DNA of 64,000 bases. Origin: an uncultured Bacilli bacterium. Its GTDB lineage: Bacteria > Bacillota_I > Bacilli_A > ML615J-28 > CAG-698. The notes below the pieces were generated by a model. That model ran no database searches, was not told the origin of the DNA, and worked only from the letters and a program-made list of their open reading frames with translations. Numbering within the stretch: position 1 is the first letter of the stretch; each line of letters begins with the position of its first letter. Position numbers and translations under genes: made by a program. The stretch is from the NCBI GenBank assembly GCA_934096585.1, contig CAKOMG010000008.1, positions 34,690-98,689 on the forward strand. Direction: 5' to 3'. Below, in pieces: positions 1 to 9,739 of this stretch.

Positions 1-353
1 AAGTAAAATTGAATACTTGGATCATTAAATAATTTACTTTTTTTAATGAGTGTCCTTGTATAAAGTAAATCATCAGTAGCAATCAAACTGGCAAATCCAT
101 AAAAATACCAATCATAATTTTCATATCCTTTATTACGTAAGTGTTCAATTAAGGGAATGATTTTATCAAATGTTTTACTAAAAAATAGCGAATCGACTAA
201 ATATGTTATAGTATCTTGATTTATCGTCATTATAACATCTATTTTTTCAAGAATCTTATCATACATTTTTGCAATGTTTGAATAACTATTAGCATCATAT
301 AGTTGCGTAACTTCATTTATTATTAAAATTTCTTCTTTTGGGAATTTAATCAT
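1..353 (-). CDS. hypothetical protein, 3' end cut by window edge
   Basis: ATG at 353-351. Hand translation (MIKFPKEEILIINEV...) stays open as far as I followed it toward position 1. It is absent from the ORF track, presumably because it runs off the window. Confidence 0.4.
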   Translation of the reverse strand, partial: MIKFPKEEILIINEVTQLYDANSYSNIAKMYDKILEKIDVIMTINQDTITYLVDSLFFSKTFDKIIPLIEHLRNKGYENYDWYFYGFASLIATDDLLYTRTLIKKSKLFNDPSIQFY

Positions 354-446
354 ATTAATTCAACCTTTGTAATTATAGTATATCACACTAATCTTAATTT
401 TAGTTATAAAAAAGATAATTATTTTAAATAATTATCTTCAATAGTT

Positions 447-1151
447 TTATCTTTGTTCATAATCATCTAAATCATTTGGAAATGTAACTGTTACAGCTTC
501 ATATTTATAATTTGCTACATAAGTTATTTCATTGTCATCATAATATAATACTTTTTGAAGTTTATCTTTATATATTACTAGGTTAACAGTTCCAACACCA
601 TCTTCAGTAGTGAACTCAATTATATTAACATCATGTTCATCAGTTCCTGCTTTTTTAAATGTTTCTTTTGTAAAAGTGAACATTGAAGGTAAAGAACCAA
701 TCACTGATGAAGTTAATGAATCTAAATTTGATCCATCACTTTCAAATTCTATACGATATTTTTTTCCATTGTTATTAATATATGCATTGTTTTCTTTTAC
801 ATACATTGCAAATTCTAAATTACCAACTAGCTCTACTGATGCTTCAACTTTATCAGTAACATTTATTTTGGTAAGACCTGTGTATTCTACATCATCATCA
901 AATGATCCTTTTAGTTGTTGTGAATAGGAATAACTTTTTGTTTCTTTTAATGCTTTTAAAGCAGTATCTAATAAAGCCTTAGCGTCTTCATAAGATTTAT
1001 TTTCTTTATATGTGTAATTATATCTTAATCCATAATGGCTTTCATCATATGTATCTTTTTTTTCTGGTGTTTTTGGTGTACACGCAACTAGCATAATTGT
1101 TAAAAAGAACACTAGTATAACTGATGGAATACTTTTAATTAATGTTTTCAT
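447..1151 (-). CDS. putative lipoprotein, function unknown
   Basis: N-terminal signal peptide ending in the lipobox-like LVAC (MKTLIKSIPSVILVFFLTIMLVAC). A GGAGG-type SD (ggaggaacaaa) precedes the ATG. Confidence 0.7.
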   Translation of the reverse strand: MKTLIKSIPSVILVFFLTIMLVACTPKTPEKKDTYDESHYGLRYNYTYKENKSYEDAKALLDTALKALKETKSYSYSQQLKGSFDDDVEYTGLTKINVTDKVEASVELVGNLEFAMYVKENNAYINNNGKKYRIEFESDGSNLDSLTSSVIGSLPSMFTFTKETFKKAGTDEHDVNIIEFTTEDGVGTVNLVIYKDKLQKVLYYDDNEITYVANYKYEAVTVTFPNDLDDYEQR

Positions 1152-1238
1152 TTTGTTCCTCCGCTCTATTTATATTATATCATATATTTGTTTTTTTCGC
1201 AAATACTAATTATTTACTCTTTGATTTTTTCCTACTTA

Positions 1239-2039
1239 TTATGCTGGATCAACACGTTTCCAATTAGGGTCTATAACTTTTTTTATCTTCTTTTCTTCTT
1301 TTTCCCAGTAATTATAAACGTCCATTCTTGTCAATTCAGCATAAACAGTTGTTGAAGAAGAGACTGTTTTAACCTTCATAGACTCTTTATTTTCGTCTAA
1401 ATGCCAACCTTCAAACTTGTATCCAGCAACTTTAATTGTTGGTAAAACAAGTTCATTTTCAAATTCAATTTCCTTTGAAAAGTCAGATAATATAATGCCT
1501 GGAATATGATTTAAACAATATTTTACTCTAAATGATTGCCACCAATAAACTGTATCATCGTCTAGACAGAATAATTTTGCCGTATCTACAAGTGCTGCCC
1601 AACTAGAAACAAACATATTATCACACTTATTGTATGGATCAAATACTGTACATCCTTCATCGTTTCGCCAATAAGCAAAGAAACTTACTAAGAAAATCAC
1701 AAAATCTTTTAGGATATTATTGTGATATAAGTATCCTAGATATGTTGAAGTGGGTTGATTTTCAATATTATAATCACCATTTGGTGTAGCATAATATTTG
1801 TGAAAACCAAATCCTAATCCATAGCAACTATCTTTTCCATCTGCATACCAATCACACGCAAAATCTAAAAATTCTTCTTTTGAATGAATATTTTTACTTT
1901 CTAAATCTTCTTTACCATTATGGTTCAAAATAAAATCATAAAAACCGCCCATAAATTCATTATATAAAGCTTTTTTACTTACATATAAATCCTTATTAAT
2001 TTCGTGATCAATAAACTTTAAAACTACTTTTTTACTCAT
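1239..2039 (-). CDS. hypothetical protein with a C-terminal Listeria-Bacteroides (Flg_new-type) repeat
   Basis: I prefer the internal start MSKKVVLKF at 2039, preceded by AGGAGAAACAA. The track start at 2084 would overlap cysK. The C-terminus GYKFEGWHLDENKESMKV..VYAEL fits the GYxFxGW repeat signature. Confidence 0.6.
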   Translation of the reverse strand: MSKKVVLKFIDHEINKDLYVSKKALYNEFMGGFYDFILNHNGKEDLESKNIHSKEEFLDFACDWYADGKDSCYGLGFGFHKYYATPNGDYNIENQPTSTYLGYLYHNNILKDFVIFLVSFFAYWRNDEGCTVFDPYNKCDNMFVSSWAALVDTAKLFCLDDDTVYWWQSFRVKYCLNHIPGIILSDFSKEIEFENELVLPTIKVAGYKFEGWHLDENKESMKVKTVSSSTTVYAELTRMDVYNYWEKEEKKIKKVIDPNWKRVDPA

Positions 2040-2049
2040 TTGTTTCTCC

Positions 2050-2967
2050 TTATTTAAATAATTCTGTAGACATATACCTTTCACCTGTATCTGGAAAAAT
2101 AGTAATTATATTTTTTGCTATTCCTCTTTTTCCTATTTTAATTGCACCTGCTAAATTAGCACCAGATGAAATTCCTACTAATAGCCCTTCTTCTTTTGCA
2201 ATCTTTTTTCCCCATTCTACTGCCTCTTCATCTTCAATTGTTATTATTTCATCTATATAACTTAAATCTAAAATACTTGGTTTAAACCCTGCACCTATTC
2301 CTTGAATCTTATGAGTTCCTGAATAATGCTTTGTTAAAAAGGGAGATGATGCTGGTTCAATACCAAAAATTTTTATATTTGGATTTTTTAATTTTAAATA
2401 TTTTGCTATTCCTGTAATAGTTCCGCCTGTACCAATGCCAATAATCACAGCATCAATATTGCCATTCATATCTTCATATATTTCTTTTCCTGTTATTAAG
2501 TGTGCTCTAACAGATGCCTCATTATCAAATTGTCCTAATATAATAGAATCAGAAATACTTTCTTTTAATTCCTTTGCTTTTTTTATGGCACCTTGCATTC
2601 CTTCTTCTTTTTTTGTTAACACTAAGTTTGATCCATATATAGTCATTAATTTTTGTCTTTCTATAGACATGTTTTCAGGCATAACAATTATTACATTGTA
2701 TCCCAAATAAGAAGCTATTGCAGATATTCCAATCCCTGTATTTCCAGATGTTGGTTCAATAATTGTTGAAGTTTTTTTTAACTTTCCTGAATCAATAGCT
2801 TCCATAATCATTTGTTTCGCGACACGATCTTTAATTGATCCAGCTGGATTATTTTTTTCTATTTTAGCAAAAATATTAAAATTTAATTGTTCATTCTTTA
2901 TTATATTGTTCAATTTGATAGTAGGTGTATTTCCAATCAAATCTAGAATGGACTCTTTATAAGCCAA
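2050..2967 (-). CDS. cysK: cysteine synthase A (O-acetylserine sulfhydrylase)
   Basis: Has the PLP-lysine motif NPAGSIKDR, TSGNTGIG and the GIGTGGTITG loop. Length is 305 aa. TTG start with a GAGG SD 8 nt upstream. Confidence 0.93.
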   Translation of the reverse strand: MAYKESILDLIGNTPTIKLNNIIKNEQLNFNIFAKIEKNNPAGSIKDRVAKQMIMEAIDSGKLKKTSTIIEPTSGNTGIGISAIASYLGYNVIIVMPENMSIERQKLMTIYGSNLVLTKKEEGMQGAIKKAKELKESISDSIILGQFDNEASVRAHLITGKEIYEDMNGNIDAVIIGIGTGGTITGIAKYLKLKNPNIKIFGIEPASSPFLTKHYSGTHKIQGIGAGFKPSILDLSYIDEIITIEDEEAVEWGKKIAKEEGLLVGISSGANLAGAIKIGKRGIAKNIITIFPDTGERYMSTELFK

Positions 2968-3220
2968 TTTAATTACCTCACTAGTTTATTATATCATATT
3001 ATTACTTTTAAAGAAAGAAAATTATTAGAAATATTTTATTAAATTATTTGCTTGATAAAATAAACTATGTTATAATGAATCAAAAAAATTTTTAAATGGT
3101 TTTGCAAACTACAAACATTTTTAAATATGTTTATAAATGCATTATTTTAAAGAAAGTAAAAAGTGGAATTTAAAAATAAAGTAATTATTGTAATATGAAC
3201 TAGTAGCGAAATAGTTTTAT

Positions 3221-3248
3221 TTGATATTTTCATTTTAAATGATATAAT
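3221..3248 (+). promoter_or_regulatory. sigma-A-type promoter candidate for cysE
   Basis: TTGATA (3221-3226), 16-nt spacer, TATAAT (3243-3248), about 48 nt upstream of the cysE ATG. Confidence 0.5.
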
Positions 3249-3295
3249 CACAGTATTAATACTTTAAGCATAATATAAAATAAGAAAGGATAAAT

Positions 3296-4024
3296 ATGAT
3301 TTATAAAAAAGATGCATGTGAATTAATTTATTTATTACAAAATAAATTGTATCCAAATAAGTTTGAAAATAGTGGCATAATCCCTGATGCCACAATTATT
3401 AAAAGACTGGATTATGTTTTAACCAATCTTGATGTAACTAATATTGATTCTTCTTATTTTATATCTAAACTAGAAGATGTTAAAGAAAAATTAGAAAAAG
3501 ATTTGAAAGCTACATATGATAATGATCCCGCCGCAAAATCTATTGAAGAAATTATTATCTCTTATCCAGGATTTTATGCTACTATGATTTATCGTCTTGC
3601 CCATGAATTTTATTTAGCAAATATTCCATTATTGCCTAGACTAATGACTGAAGTTGCTCATTCAAAAACAGGTATTGATATTCATCCTGGAGCCACTATT
3701 GGGGAATATTTCTTTATTGACCATGGTACTGGAATTGTCATTGGAGAGACAACAATAATAGGCAACAATGTGAGAATCTATCAAGGAGTTACCCTTGGAG
3801 CTTTATCGCTTGAGCATCCGAGTGAATTACGAAACATAAAAAGACACCCAACAATCAAAGATAATGTTATAATTTACGCTGGAGCTTCTATACTTGGTGG
3901 AAATACAGTGATTGGAACTAACGTAACAATTGGTTCAAATGTCTTTATAACTAACTCTATAACAGACAATACAATCGTTAGATTTAAAGATACAAATTAT
4001 TCAATAAAGAAAAAGCAAGACTAA
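3296..4024 (+). CDS. cysE: serine O-acetyltransferase
   Basis: Hexapeptide-repeat core DIHPGATIGEYFFIDHGTGIVIGETTIIGNNVRIYQGVTLG plus a SATase-type N-terminal helical region. Divergent from cysK. Confidence 0.92.
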   Translation: MIYKKDACELIYLLQNKLYPNKFENSGIIPDATIIKRLDYVLTNLDVTNIDSSYFISKLEDVKEKLEKDLKATYDNDPAAKSIEEIIISYPGFYATMIYRLAHEFYLANIPLLPRLMTEVAHSKTGIDIHPGATIGEYFFIDHGTGIVIGETTIIGNNVRIYQGVTLGALSLEHPSELRNIKRHPTIKDNVIIYAGASILGGNTVIGTNVTIGSNVFITNSITDNTIVRFKDTNYSIKKKQD

Positions 4025-4037
4025 TCTTGCTTTTTTT
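4013..4037 (+). terminator. rho-independent terminator of cysE
   Basis: 8-bp stem AAGCAAGA/TCTTGCTT with loop CTAA, followed by a T run. It overlaps the stop codon. Confidence 0.8.
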
Positions 4038-4042
4038 ATAAT

Positions 4043-4075
4043 AAAAAAAACTCCTATTAGGAGTATATATTTTTC
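4043..4075. terminator. bidirectional hairpin terminator
   Basis: A8 run, then stem ACTCCT/AGGAGT (4050-4064), then a T-rich tail. It can terminate transcripts from either direction. Confidence 0.55.
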
Positions 4076-4302
4076 TTAAATGTGTAAGATAACCAATGTT
4101 AATGCAATGAACCATCTATGAATAATAATGCACCATCCAACACCGCATGTTTAAGTAATACACTATCGTGACGGGTGCGACAAACTTGGATTAGGTATGT
4201 ACAATCAATACAAAAAAAGATGCTATATCTATTCGATACAACATCTGGATTCTCTCAAAGCAGAAGGTTTTCTCTCAAATTTGATGTTGAAATGAGTAAA
4301 AG

Positions 4303-5350
4303 TTATAGTTTTATTATGTAGAATGAATTCTTTCCTGATCCACCTTTTTCAAGCTTTCCTTCTTCTACCATCTTAGCTAGAATTTTTTCAATTGAACTTA
4401 GAGATAACAATGGACACAATTCAGCAATATTTGATTTTGTTACTTTGCCCAGTTTCATGTCTAGTGCTTTTTTAATGGTATCATATGCACTAAGCTTTTT
4501 AGTCACCATCTCAACTCTATTTTTAAAATCATCATAAGACATTGATATTATGCTTAATAAATAACTTACAAATGGTGTCGGATCATCTTTTTTGTCATGC
4601 CAACCAATTTGTGAATTATATAATGCATCATAATATAAATCTTTGAGCTTAGAGATTTTTAATTCAAGTGATACATATTTACCAACATAATATCCCGAAC
4701 GATATAATAAAAGCGTTGTAAGTAATCTAGACATTCTTCCGTTTCCATCATTGAATGGATGAATGCATAAAAAATCATGAATAAAAATTGGAATTAAAAT
4801 TAATGGGGTAACTTCTCTTTTTTCGATAGTTTTATTATATTCATCACAAAGTGCTTGTATAGCCATTGGAGTTTCAAATGGAGATATTGGTGTAAAGAAA
4901 GTAAAAGAGTTACCTTTTTCATCAGTAGCACTTATATAATTTTGAACATTCTTAAATTTACCGCCATATGACACTTCATCATTTTTACTACATAATATTT
5001 GATGTAATTGCAATATGTAATCTGGTTAATGGGATGTATTCAAAACTTTCATAAATTGCATTTAGAGCATCTCTATATCCAGCTATTTCTTTTTCACTTC
5101 TATTTTTAGGAGTTGTTTTTTTATTAAAAATCTTTTTTAATCTTGTATCAGTAGTTCTTATCCCTTCAATAGCATTACTTGCTTCAGTACTTTGAATCTT
5201 AGCAAGCTCAACTAACTTATTTAATTCTTCAGGTTTTTGAGCAAGATAAAATTCCTGCCTACCTTTTGCTTCATGAATATGGGCAATCTTATTGATAATT
5301 GATGAATCCCATACTTTATTTTTTAAATTAGAATAATCAAACTGTCTCAT
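4303..5350 (-). pseudogene. Fic/DOC family protein (AMPylase-type), interrupted by a frameshift near 5023-5029
   Basis: The C-terminal ORF (4303-5013) has the Fic motif HPFNDGNGRMSRLL. The N-terminal ORF (4988-5350) has a Fic_N-like region with the inhibitory motif SNAIEG, i.e. (S/T)xxxE(G/N). The two frames join as ..IPL(T)PDYILQLHQIL.., which is typical of intact Fic proteins. Confidence 0.75.
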
Positions 5351-5833
5351 AATCTTAACTCCTTTCTCGTAAATTATATACTAAAATGAGAGAATAATTA
5401 TTCTTAAACAACTTGACAATTAGCCCTTTTAGAGTGATAAATAGAAAGTTTATTAAGTTTCAAGCATTCATTGATGAAATTAAAAACACAAATACACTTA
5501 ATCTAAAATTTAAAGATAGACTCTTTAATTTAACCATTCTCAATATCAAAGTGCATAAAGAAAACAATCTCGAATTCAATTTCAAAGATGGCTCGATAAT
5601 TAATATTGAACTCTAGTTTTAATAGCTGAAGTTTTTTATTGTCACGTGGGGGTATATGTAAAAATTGATATTATCTCCTATAAGCATTCCTATATATAGA
5701 ATGAAGTAGTTTAGCGATTAATAATATAACGATTAAATTTTATATATACTACTATCCATAAGGACATATGAGGCTAAATCTATTAAAAATAGGTCTACTA
5801 TCTATAATTATTGTTGTTTTACCCCTATATAAA

Positions 5834-5865
5834 GAAAAAATAGCTAATACTTTCGTATCAGCTAT
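5834..5865 (-). terminator. rho-independent terminator after tRNA-Arg
   Basis: Minus strand reads ATAGCTGATAC-GAAA-GTATTAGCTAT followed by T7, 12 nt downstream of the tRNA CCA end. Confidence 0.7.
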
Positions 5866-5877
5866 AGTTAACTCTAA

Positions 5878-5954
5878 TGGCCTCCCAGAAAGGATTCGAA
5901 CCTTCGACACACGGCTTAGAAGGCCGTTGCTCTATCCAGCTGAGCTACTGGGAG
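5878..5954 (-). tRNA. tRNA-Arg (anticodon TCT), CCA encoded
   Basis: The reverse complement folds by hand into a cloverleaf. Acceptor CTCCCAG/CTGGGAG, D arm GCTC-AGCTGGATA-GAGC, anticodon arm ACGGC-CTTCTAA-GCCGT, T arm GAAGG-TTCGAAT-CCTTT, discriminator G, then CCA. Length 77 nt. Confidence 0.9.
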
Positions 5955-5992
5955 ATGTTAACTATTATGATCAATATCACAACAGCAACAAT

Positions 5993-6021
5993 ATTTTACC
6001 ACAATCTATTAAATTTTGCAA
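5993..6021 (-). promoter_or_regulatory. promoter candidate for tRNA-Arg
   Basis: Minus strand has TTGCAA, a 17-nt spacer and TAAAAT with an upstream TG (extended -10). It lies about 35-40 nt upstream of the tRNA 5' end. Confidence 0.5.
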
Positions 6022-6034
6022 CCTTTTTTTCAAA

Positions 6035-6871
6035 TTACTTTATATATTTTTCCAAACAATAAAAACTATCTATAACAACATTAGCTTTCTTTTTAACTTC
6101 TTCATGAGCATGAGACATAACAAAACTATTAGGGAATGATTCAAATAGCGGCACATCATTACCAGAGTCACCAATTACAGCAACTTCTTCTTTGTCTATT
6201 CCTAATTCTTGAATCAATTTTTCTAATGCTCTTGCTTTATTAATTCCTTTATTCATGAATTCAATTGATTCAGTAGACCACATTACTTCGAAGGAATCTT
6301 TCAAGTCTTCACCAAACTTTTTTGATGCAATTCTAGCTTTTTCTGTTGCTTTTTTACCTAATCCATAAATTGCCATTACTTTATAGATTCTTGCATTTTC
6401 GTTTTCAATCATTTGTTTAAATCTTTTTTTTCCAAACTTACACTTACCAGTATAACCAAATTGAAAGAATAATACAATCCTATAAAATACTCTCAAAAAA
6501 CTAGATAAGCTATTATGTACGACTATCATATTATCTTTGTCTGTCATAAAAATCCATGTTAATATTTCTTTATTTTTGCAATTTTCTAAATAAAAATCAT
6601 ATACTTTTTTATGATCCATTGGTGAATCAAATATTAATTCATCACCTTTATAAATAACAGATCCATTACAAGCAATCATATCAATATCATTTTTAATTCT
6701 TTTTTTGACTCTATTCGAAATGAAATAATTTCTTCCTGAAACTAAAACAACTTCATTTCCTTGATTAATATAATCAATCATAAATTTTCTATTTTTTTTA
6801 GTTAATAATTTAAATTTTCTTTTTGGATAAAAAAGAGTTCCATCTAAATCAGTTGCTATTAATTTAATCAT
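6035..6871 (-). CDS. Cof-type HAD-IIB family phosphatase
   Basis: Motif I is IATDLDGTLF and motif IV is GDSGNDVPLF. I prefer the ATG at 6871 (MIKLIATD), 5 nt after AGGTGA, over the GTG at 6880. Confidence 0.88.
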   Translation of the reverse strand: MIKLIATDLDGTLFYPKRKFKLLTKKNRKFMIDYINQGNEVVLVSGRNYFISNRVKKRIKNDIDMIACNGSVIYKGDELIFDSPMDHKKVYDFYLENCKNKEILTWIFMTDKDNMIVVHNSLSSFLRVFYRIVLFFQFGYTGKCKFGKKRFKQMIENENARIYKVMAIYGLGKKATEKARIASKKFGEDLKDSFEVMWSTESIEFMNKGINKARALEKLIQELGIDKEEVAVIGDSGNDVPLFESFPNSFVMSHAHEEVKKKANVVIDSFYCLEKYIK

Positions 6872-6994
6872 TTTTGTCACCTATGCTTATTATTCTATTT
6901 TATCATTTTTATCCCCTTTTTTCAACAATTTTTTTAATAAGTTAAATAAGTTTTAAGAATTTATTTTTTTCATATAATTATATGAGGATTTAAC

Positions 6995-7870
6995 ATGTTA
7001 TTTATTATTATCATCTTTATAAGCTTAATTTTTAATTATAATAATACTATGAATAGTATTTATGATTCACTTGAAGTATGGCTATTTAATGTCTATCCAT
7101 CTCTTTTCTTATTATATATAATATCTTATTATTTTATTCACAATAAATTGTTTAATAAAATATCATTAATCTTAAAACCATTCATTTCTTTTGAATATAA
7201 TAAAAGTTATGCCATTATGTGTACAGGTTTCTTTTTAGGTAATCCTGGCACTATTACTTTAGCTTATAATGCTTTTTCGAATAATCACATATCACTTAAC
7301 GATTATAAAAAATTAGTTTACTTATCCATATTTATGAATCCTTTGTTTATTTTATCTTTTTTTAATAAAATTATTTTTGTTATTTATTTTATTTCTTCTT
7401 TTTTTACATTATTTATCTTTGATAAATTCATGCCTTTAAAAAAAAGAAATGTAGATAGCGAAAATGCTAACTACACTTATAAAGTTTTTTTAAATTCAAT
7501 CAATTCAATTATTAATGTATTACTAGTTGTTGCTTGTATTTCAGTTTTATGTAATGTTTTGAAAACTTCCATTGCTTTTTTATTATATACGGTAAATTTA
7601 AATTTTGATTTACCTCTTAGTTTTTTAGAGATAGGAACAGGATTAAAATATTTAACTAATAAAAATATGTTATATGCTTCTATTTTTCTAATTTCCTTTC
7701 AAGGGTTATGTATTATAATACAAAGTTTTAGTTTAATTAAAAACCTAAATATTTCCTTTTTTAAATACTTACTTTTAAGAATACTCGAATCTATTACTAC
7801 TACTTTAATTTTCTTTTTGATATATAGTTGCTTCAGCAGTTCCACGAATGAATTGTTTAATCATTTTTAA
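6995..7870 (+). CDS. polytopic membrane protein, YlbJ-like (nucleoside-recognition/Gate-type), uncertain
   Basis: About 8 hydrophobic segments. It is convergent with rsmD, as I recall for ylbJ versus ylbH in Bacillus. No diagnostic motif was seen. Confidence 0.45.
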   Translation: MLFIIIIFISLIFNYNNTMNSIYDSLEVWLFNVYPSLFLLYIISYYFIHNKLFNKISLILKPFISFEYNKSYAIMCTGFFLGNPGTITLAYNAFSNNHISLNDYKKLVYLSIFMNPLFILSFFNKIIFVIYFISSFFTLFIFDKFMPLKKRNVDSENANYTYKVFLNSINSIINVLLVVACISVLCNVLKTSIAFLLYTVNLNFDLPLSFLEIGTGLKYLTNKNMLYASIFLISFQGLCIIIQSFSLIKNLNISFFKYLLLRILESITTTLIFFLIYSCFSSSTNELFNHF

Positions 7871-8347
7871 ATCTTTGCTTATTTCAACGTTTCCTTTAAT
7901 ATAATGACATACAACAATACTACCTTCATTTAAAAAATCATTATCAACTAGGTACTTAATCAAATCGTTTGTTATATTCATTCTATAGGGTGGATCTAAA
8001 AATACAAGATCAAACTTTTTTCCTTGTAATCTTTTTAGTGCTTGTCTATAATCCATATTTAAAATTGTAACCTTATCTTCTTCATGCAGTGCTTTTACAT
8101 TTGTTTCAATTATTTTTGTAGCCTCTTTACTAAGTTCACTTATATATGAATGTTTCGCACCTCTACTTATTGCTTCAAGCGATAATGCACCACTTCCACC
8201 AAATATATCTAAAACTTCTATCGGTTCTAAATATGGGCCTATCGTATTAAATATTGACTCTTTCATTACATCCATCATTGGTCGTGTATTGTTTCCTTCT
8301 AATGTAACTAATTTTCTACTTTTGTGCCTGCCAGCAATAATTCTCAT
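7805..8347 (-). CDS. rsmD: 16S rRNA (guanine966-N2)-methyltransferase
   Basis: MRIIAGRHKSRKL N-terminus, SAM motif LDIFGGSGALSLEAISRG and catalytic DLVFLDPPY. Start moved to 8347 (MRIIAG) with an AAGGAAA SD. Confidence 0.88.
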   Translation of the reverse strand: MRIIAGRHKSRKLVTLEGNNTRPMMDVMKESIFNTIGPYLEPIEVLDIFGGSGALSLEAISRGAKHSYISELSKEATKIIETNVKALHEEDKVTILNMDYRQALKRLQGKKFDLVFLDPPYRMNITNDLIKYLVDNDFLNEGSIVVCHYIKGNVEISKDLKMIKQFIRGTAEATIYQKEN

Positions 8348-8558
8348 TATAATTTCCTTTCGTTTTTTTGTATAATATTTAATAAATGATACATAATAAT
8401 ATTGTAGCATAGTTGATTGTAAAAAGCAATTAAAAATGTTACATCATACTTCTCCTCTCCCTTTCACATATATCAAATAAAAAGTGAATTTATTAATTCG
8501 CTTTTTATTTTTAATTTAAAATAGTTGTCTTATTTATAAATAAAACAACTTTATTATA

Positions 8559-9140
8559 TTATAATCTAAAATATGGTATAGATGAAAAATAAATACCTGA
8601 ATAATGTTTTTTATAAGTGGTAACGCCATCATATTCTTGCATTGTAATTAAATCTAAATACTTATCACCAACTTTTATTGATGGAACTAAAGCAGAACTA
8701 ATTATAGTTTTAATTAGGTATCCTCTTGTGTCGCTTGGAATATTGGCAGTCTTGAAATGACTTTTATAATTTCTAATAGATTGTCCTGATTCATCTGTTT
8801 CATAGATCATTTGCCCATTTATTACATCTACAACTCTAACCCATGGACCTGTTTCCATACTTTTAATATATAAACTATGTAAATAATACTTTTCTTCATC
8901 CATTATTTCTATATAAAAGAAATCATTATTTGAAAAGTCAACAACAAAATATTGTAACTTATCATCATTGTTATATAATGGCCTTAATTCATATGTTTCA
9001 TCATCATCTAGATATTTTCTTTCAATTATTTTTCTAACATTATTAATATGCTCTTCATCAGTATAATATTTTGCTTTTTCACATCCTGATAAGGCAATAA
9101 CAATAAAAAATATGCATAATAACAAAACTACTTTTTTCAT
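8559..9140 (-). CDS. lipoprotein, paralog 1 of a three-member family
   Basis: Signal peptide with lipobox LSGC. About 60-90 % identical, in blocks, to the ORFs at 9161 and 13480. Confidence 0.75.
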   Translation of the reverse strand: MKKVVLLLCIFFIVIALSGCEKAKYYTDEEHINNVRKIIERKYLDDDETYELRPLYNNDDKLQYFVVDFSNNDFFYIEIMDEEKYYLHSLYIKSMETGPWVRVVDVINGQMIYETDESGQSIRNYKSHFKTANIPSDTRGYLIKTIISSALVPSIKVGDKYLDLITMQEYDGVTTYKKHYSGIYFSSIPYFRL

Positions 9141-9160
9141 AATTATCCTCATCCTCTTCT

Positions 9161-9739
9161 TTATAAATTAAACATTGCTTTTGGAGTAAATATTATACCA
9201 TAAGTATGACGTTTATAAGGAATATCCGTATACTCTTGCATTGTAATTAAATCTAAATATTTATCGCCAACCTTTATTGATGGAACTAATGCAGTACTAA
9301 TTGTAGTTTTAATTAGATATCCTCTTGTTTCACTTGGAATATTGGCAGCTTTGAAATGATTTTTGTAATTGTAAACATAGTGTCCTTCTGAATCTTTTTC
9401 AAATATCATATGTCCATTTACTACATCTACTACTCTAGACCATGGACACTCACCTACGCTTTGCATATATAACTTATGTTGTAAGAAATTTTCTTGTTCC
9501 ATAATTTTTACATAAATGAAATCATTATTTGAAAAGTCAACAACAAAATATTGTAACTTATCATCATTGTTATATAATGGTCTTAATTCATATGTTTCGC
9601 CATCTTTTAAATATTTTTCTTCAATTATTTTTCTAACATTATTAGTATGCTCTTCATCAGTATAATATTTTGCTTTTTTACATCCTGATAAAGCAATCAC
9701 GATAAAAATTAAACATAATAACCCTATTATTCTTTTCAT
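9161..9739 (-). CDS. lipoprotein, paralog 2
   Basis: Lipobox LSGC. I prefer the ATG at 9739 (MKRIIGLL), 6 nt after AAGGAGAAG, over the ATG at 9760. Confidence 0.75.
   Translation of the reverse strand: MKRIIGLLCLIFIVIALSGCKKAKYYTDEEHTNNVRKIIEEKYLKDGETYELRPLYNNDDKLQYFVVDFSNNDFIYVKIMEQENFLQHKLYMQSVGECPWSRVVDVVNGHMIFEKDSEGHYVYNYKNHFKAANIPSETRGYLIKTTISTALVPSIKVGDKYLDLITMQEYTDIPYKRHTYGIIFTPKAMFNL

Noticed and set aside
2968-3295. A possible T-box or S-box leader in the 328-bp cysK-cysE intergenic region.
   Set aside because: I found no T-box consensus (..GGTGGTACCGCG-like) and no SAM-riboswitch-like conserved helices. Only promoter-like hexamers were seen.
4085-4215. A locally G+C-richer non-coding patch (..GCACCATCCAACACCGCATG..GTGACGGGTGCGAC..), considered as a small structured RNA. 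A similar patch at 35350-35400 (..GCCGTGCTCACAAAATTAATTGTGATC..ACGGTCCCCCGC..) was considered too.
   Set aside because: Short hairpins can be drawn. However, I recognise no family signature (SRP, 6S, tmRNA, RNase P or known riboswitches), and I cannot evaluate covariation without a search. Both are left uncalled.
5413-5616. A 67-aa ORF, considered as the C-terminal remnant of a recombinase or integrase next to the tRNA.
   Set aside because: There is only a vague resemblance (..NLEFNFKDGSIINIEL). It has a non-ATG start, no SD and no catalytic motif. The evidence is insufficient.
5768-6139. ORFs of 123 and 61 aa overlapping the tRNA-Arg region.
   Set aside because: They read straight through a canonical tRNA gene and its promoter, and into the 3' end of the HAD gene. 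They are spurious.
7805-7870. A 66-bp convergent overlap between the YlbJ-like gene and rsmD, considered as a sign of a frameshift or a mis-call.
   Set aside because: Both reading frames are continuous. RsmD has a normal full length (180 aa from MRIIAG) and the membrane protein tail is merely poorly conserved-looking. Convergent 3' overlaps occur in compact genomes.
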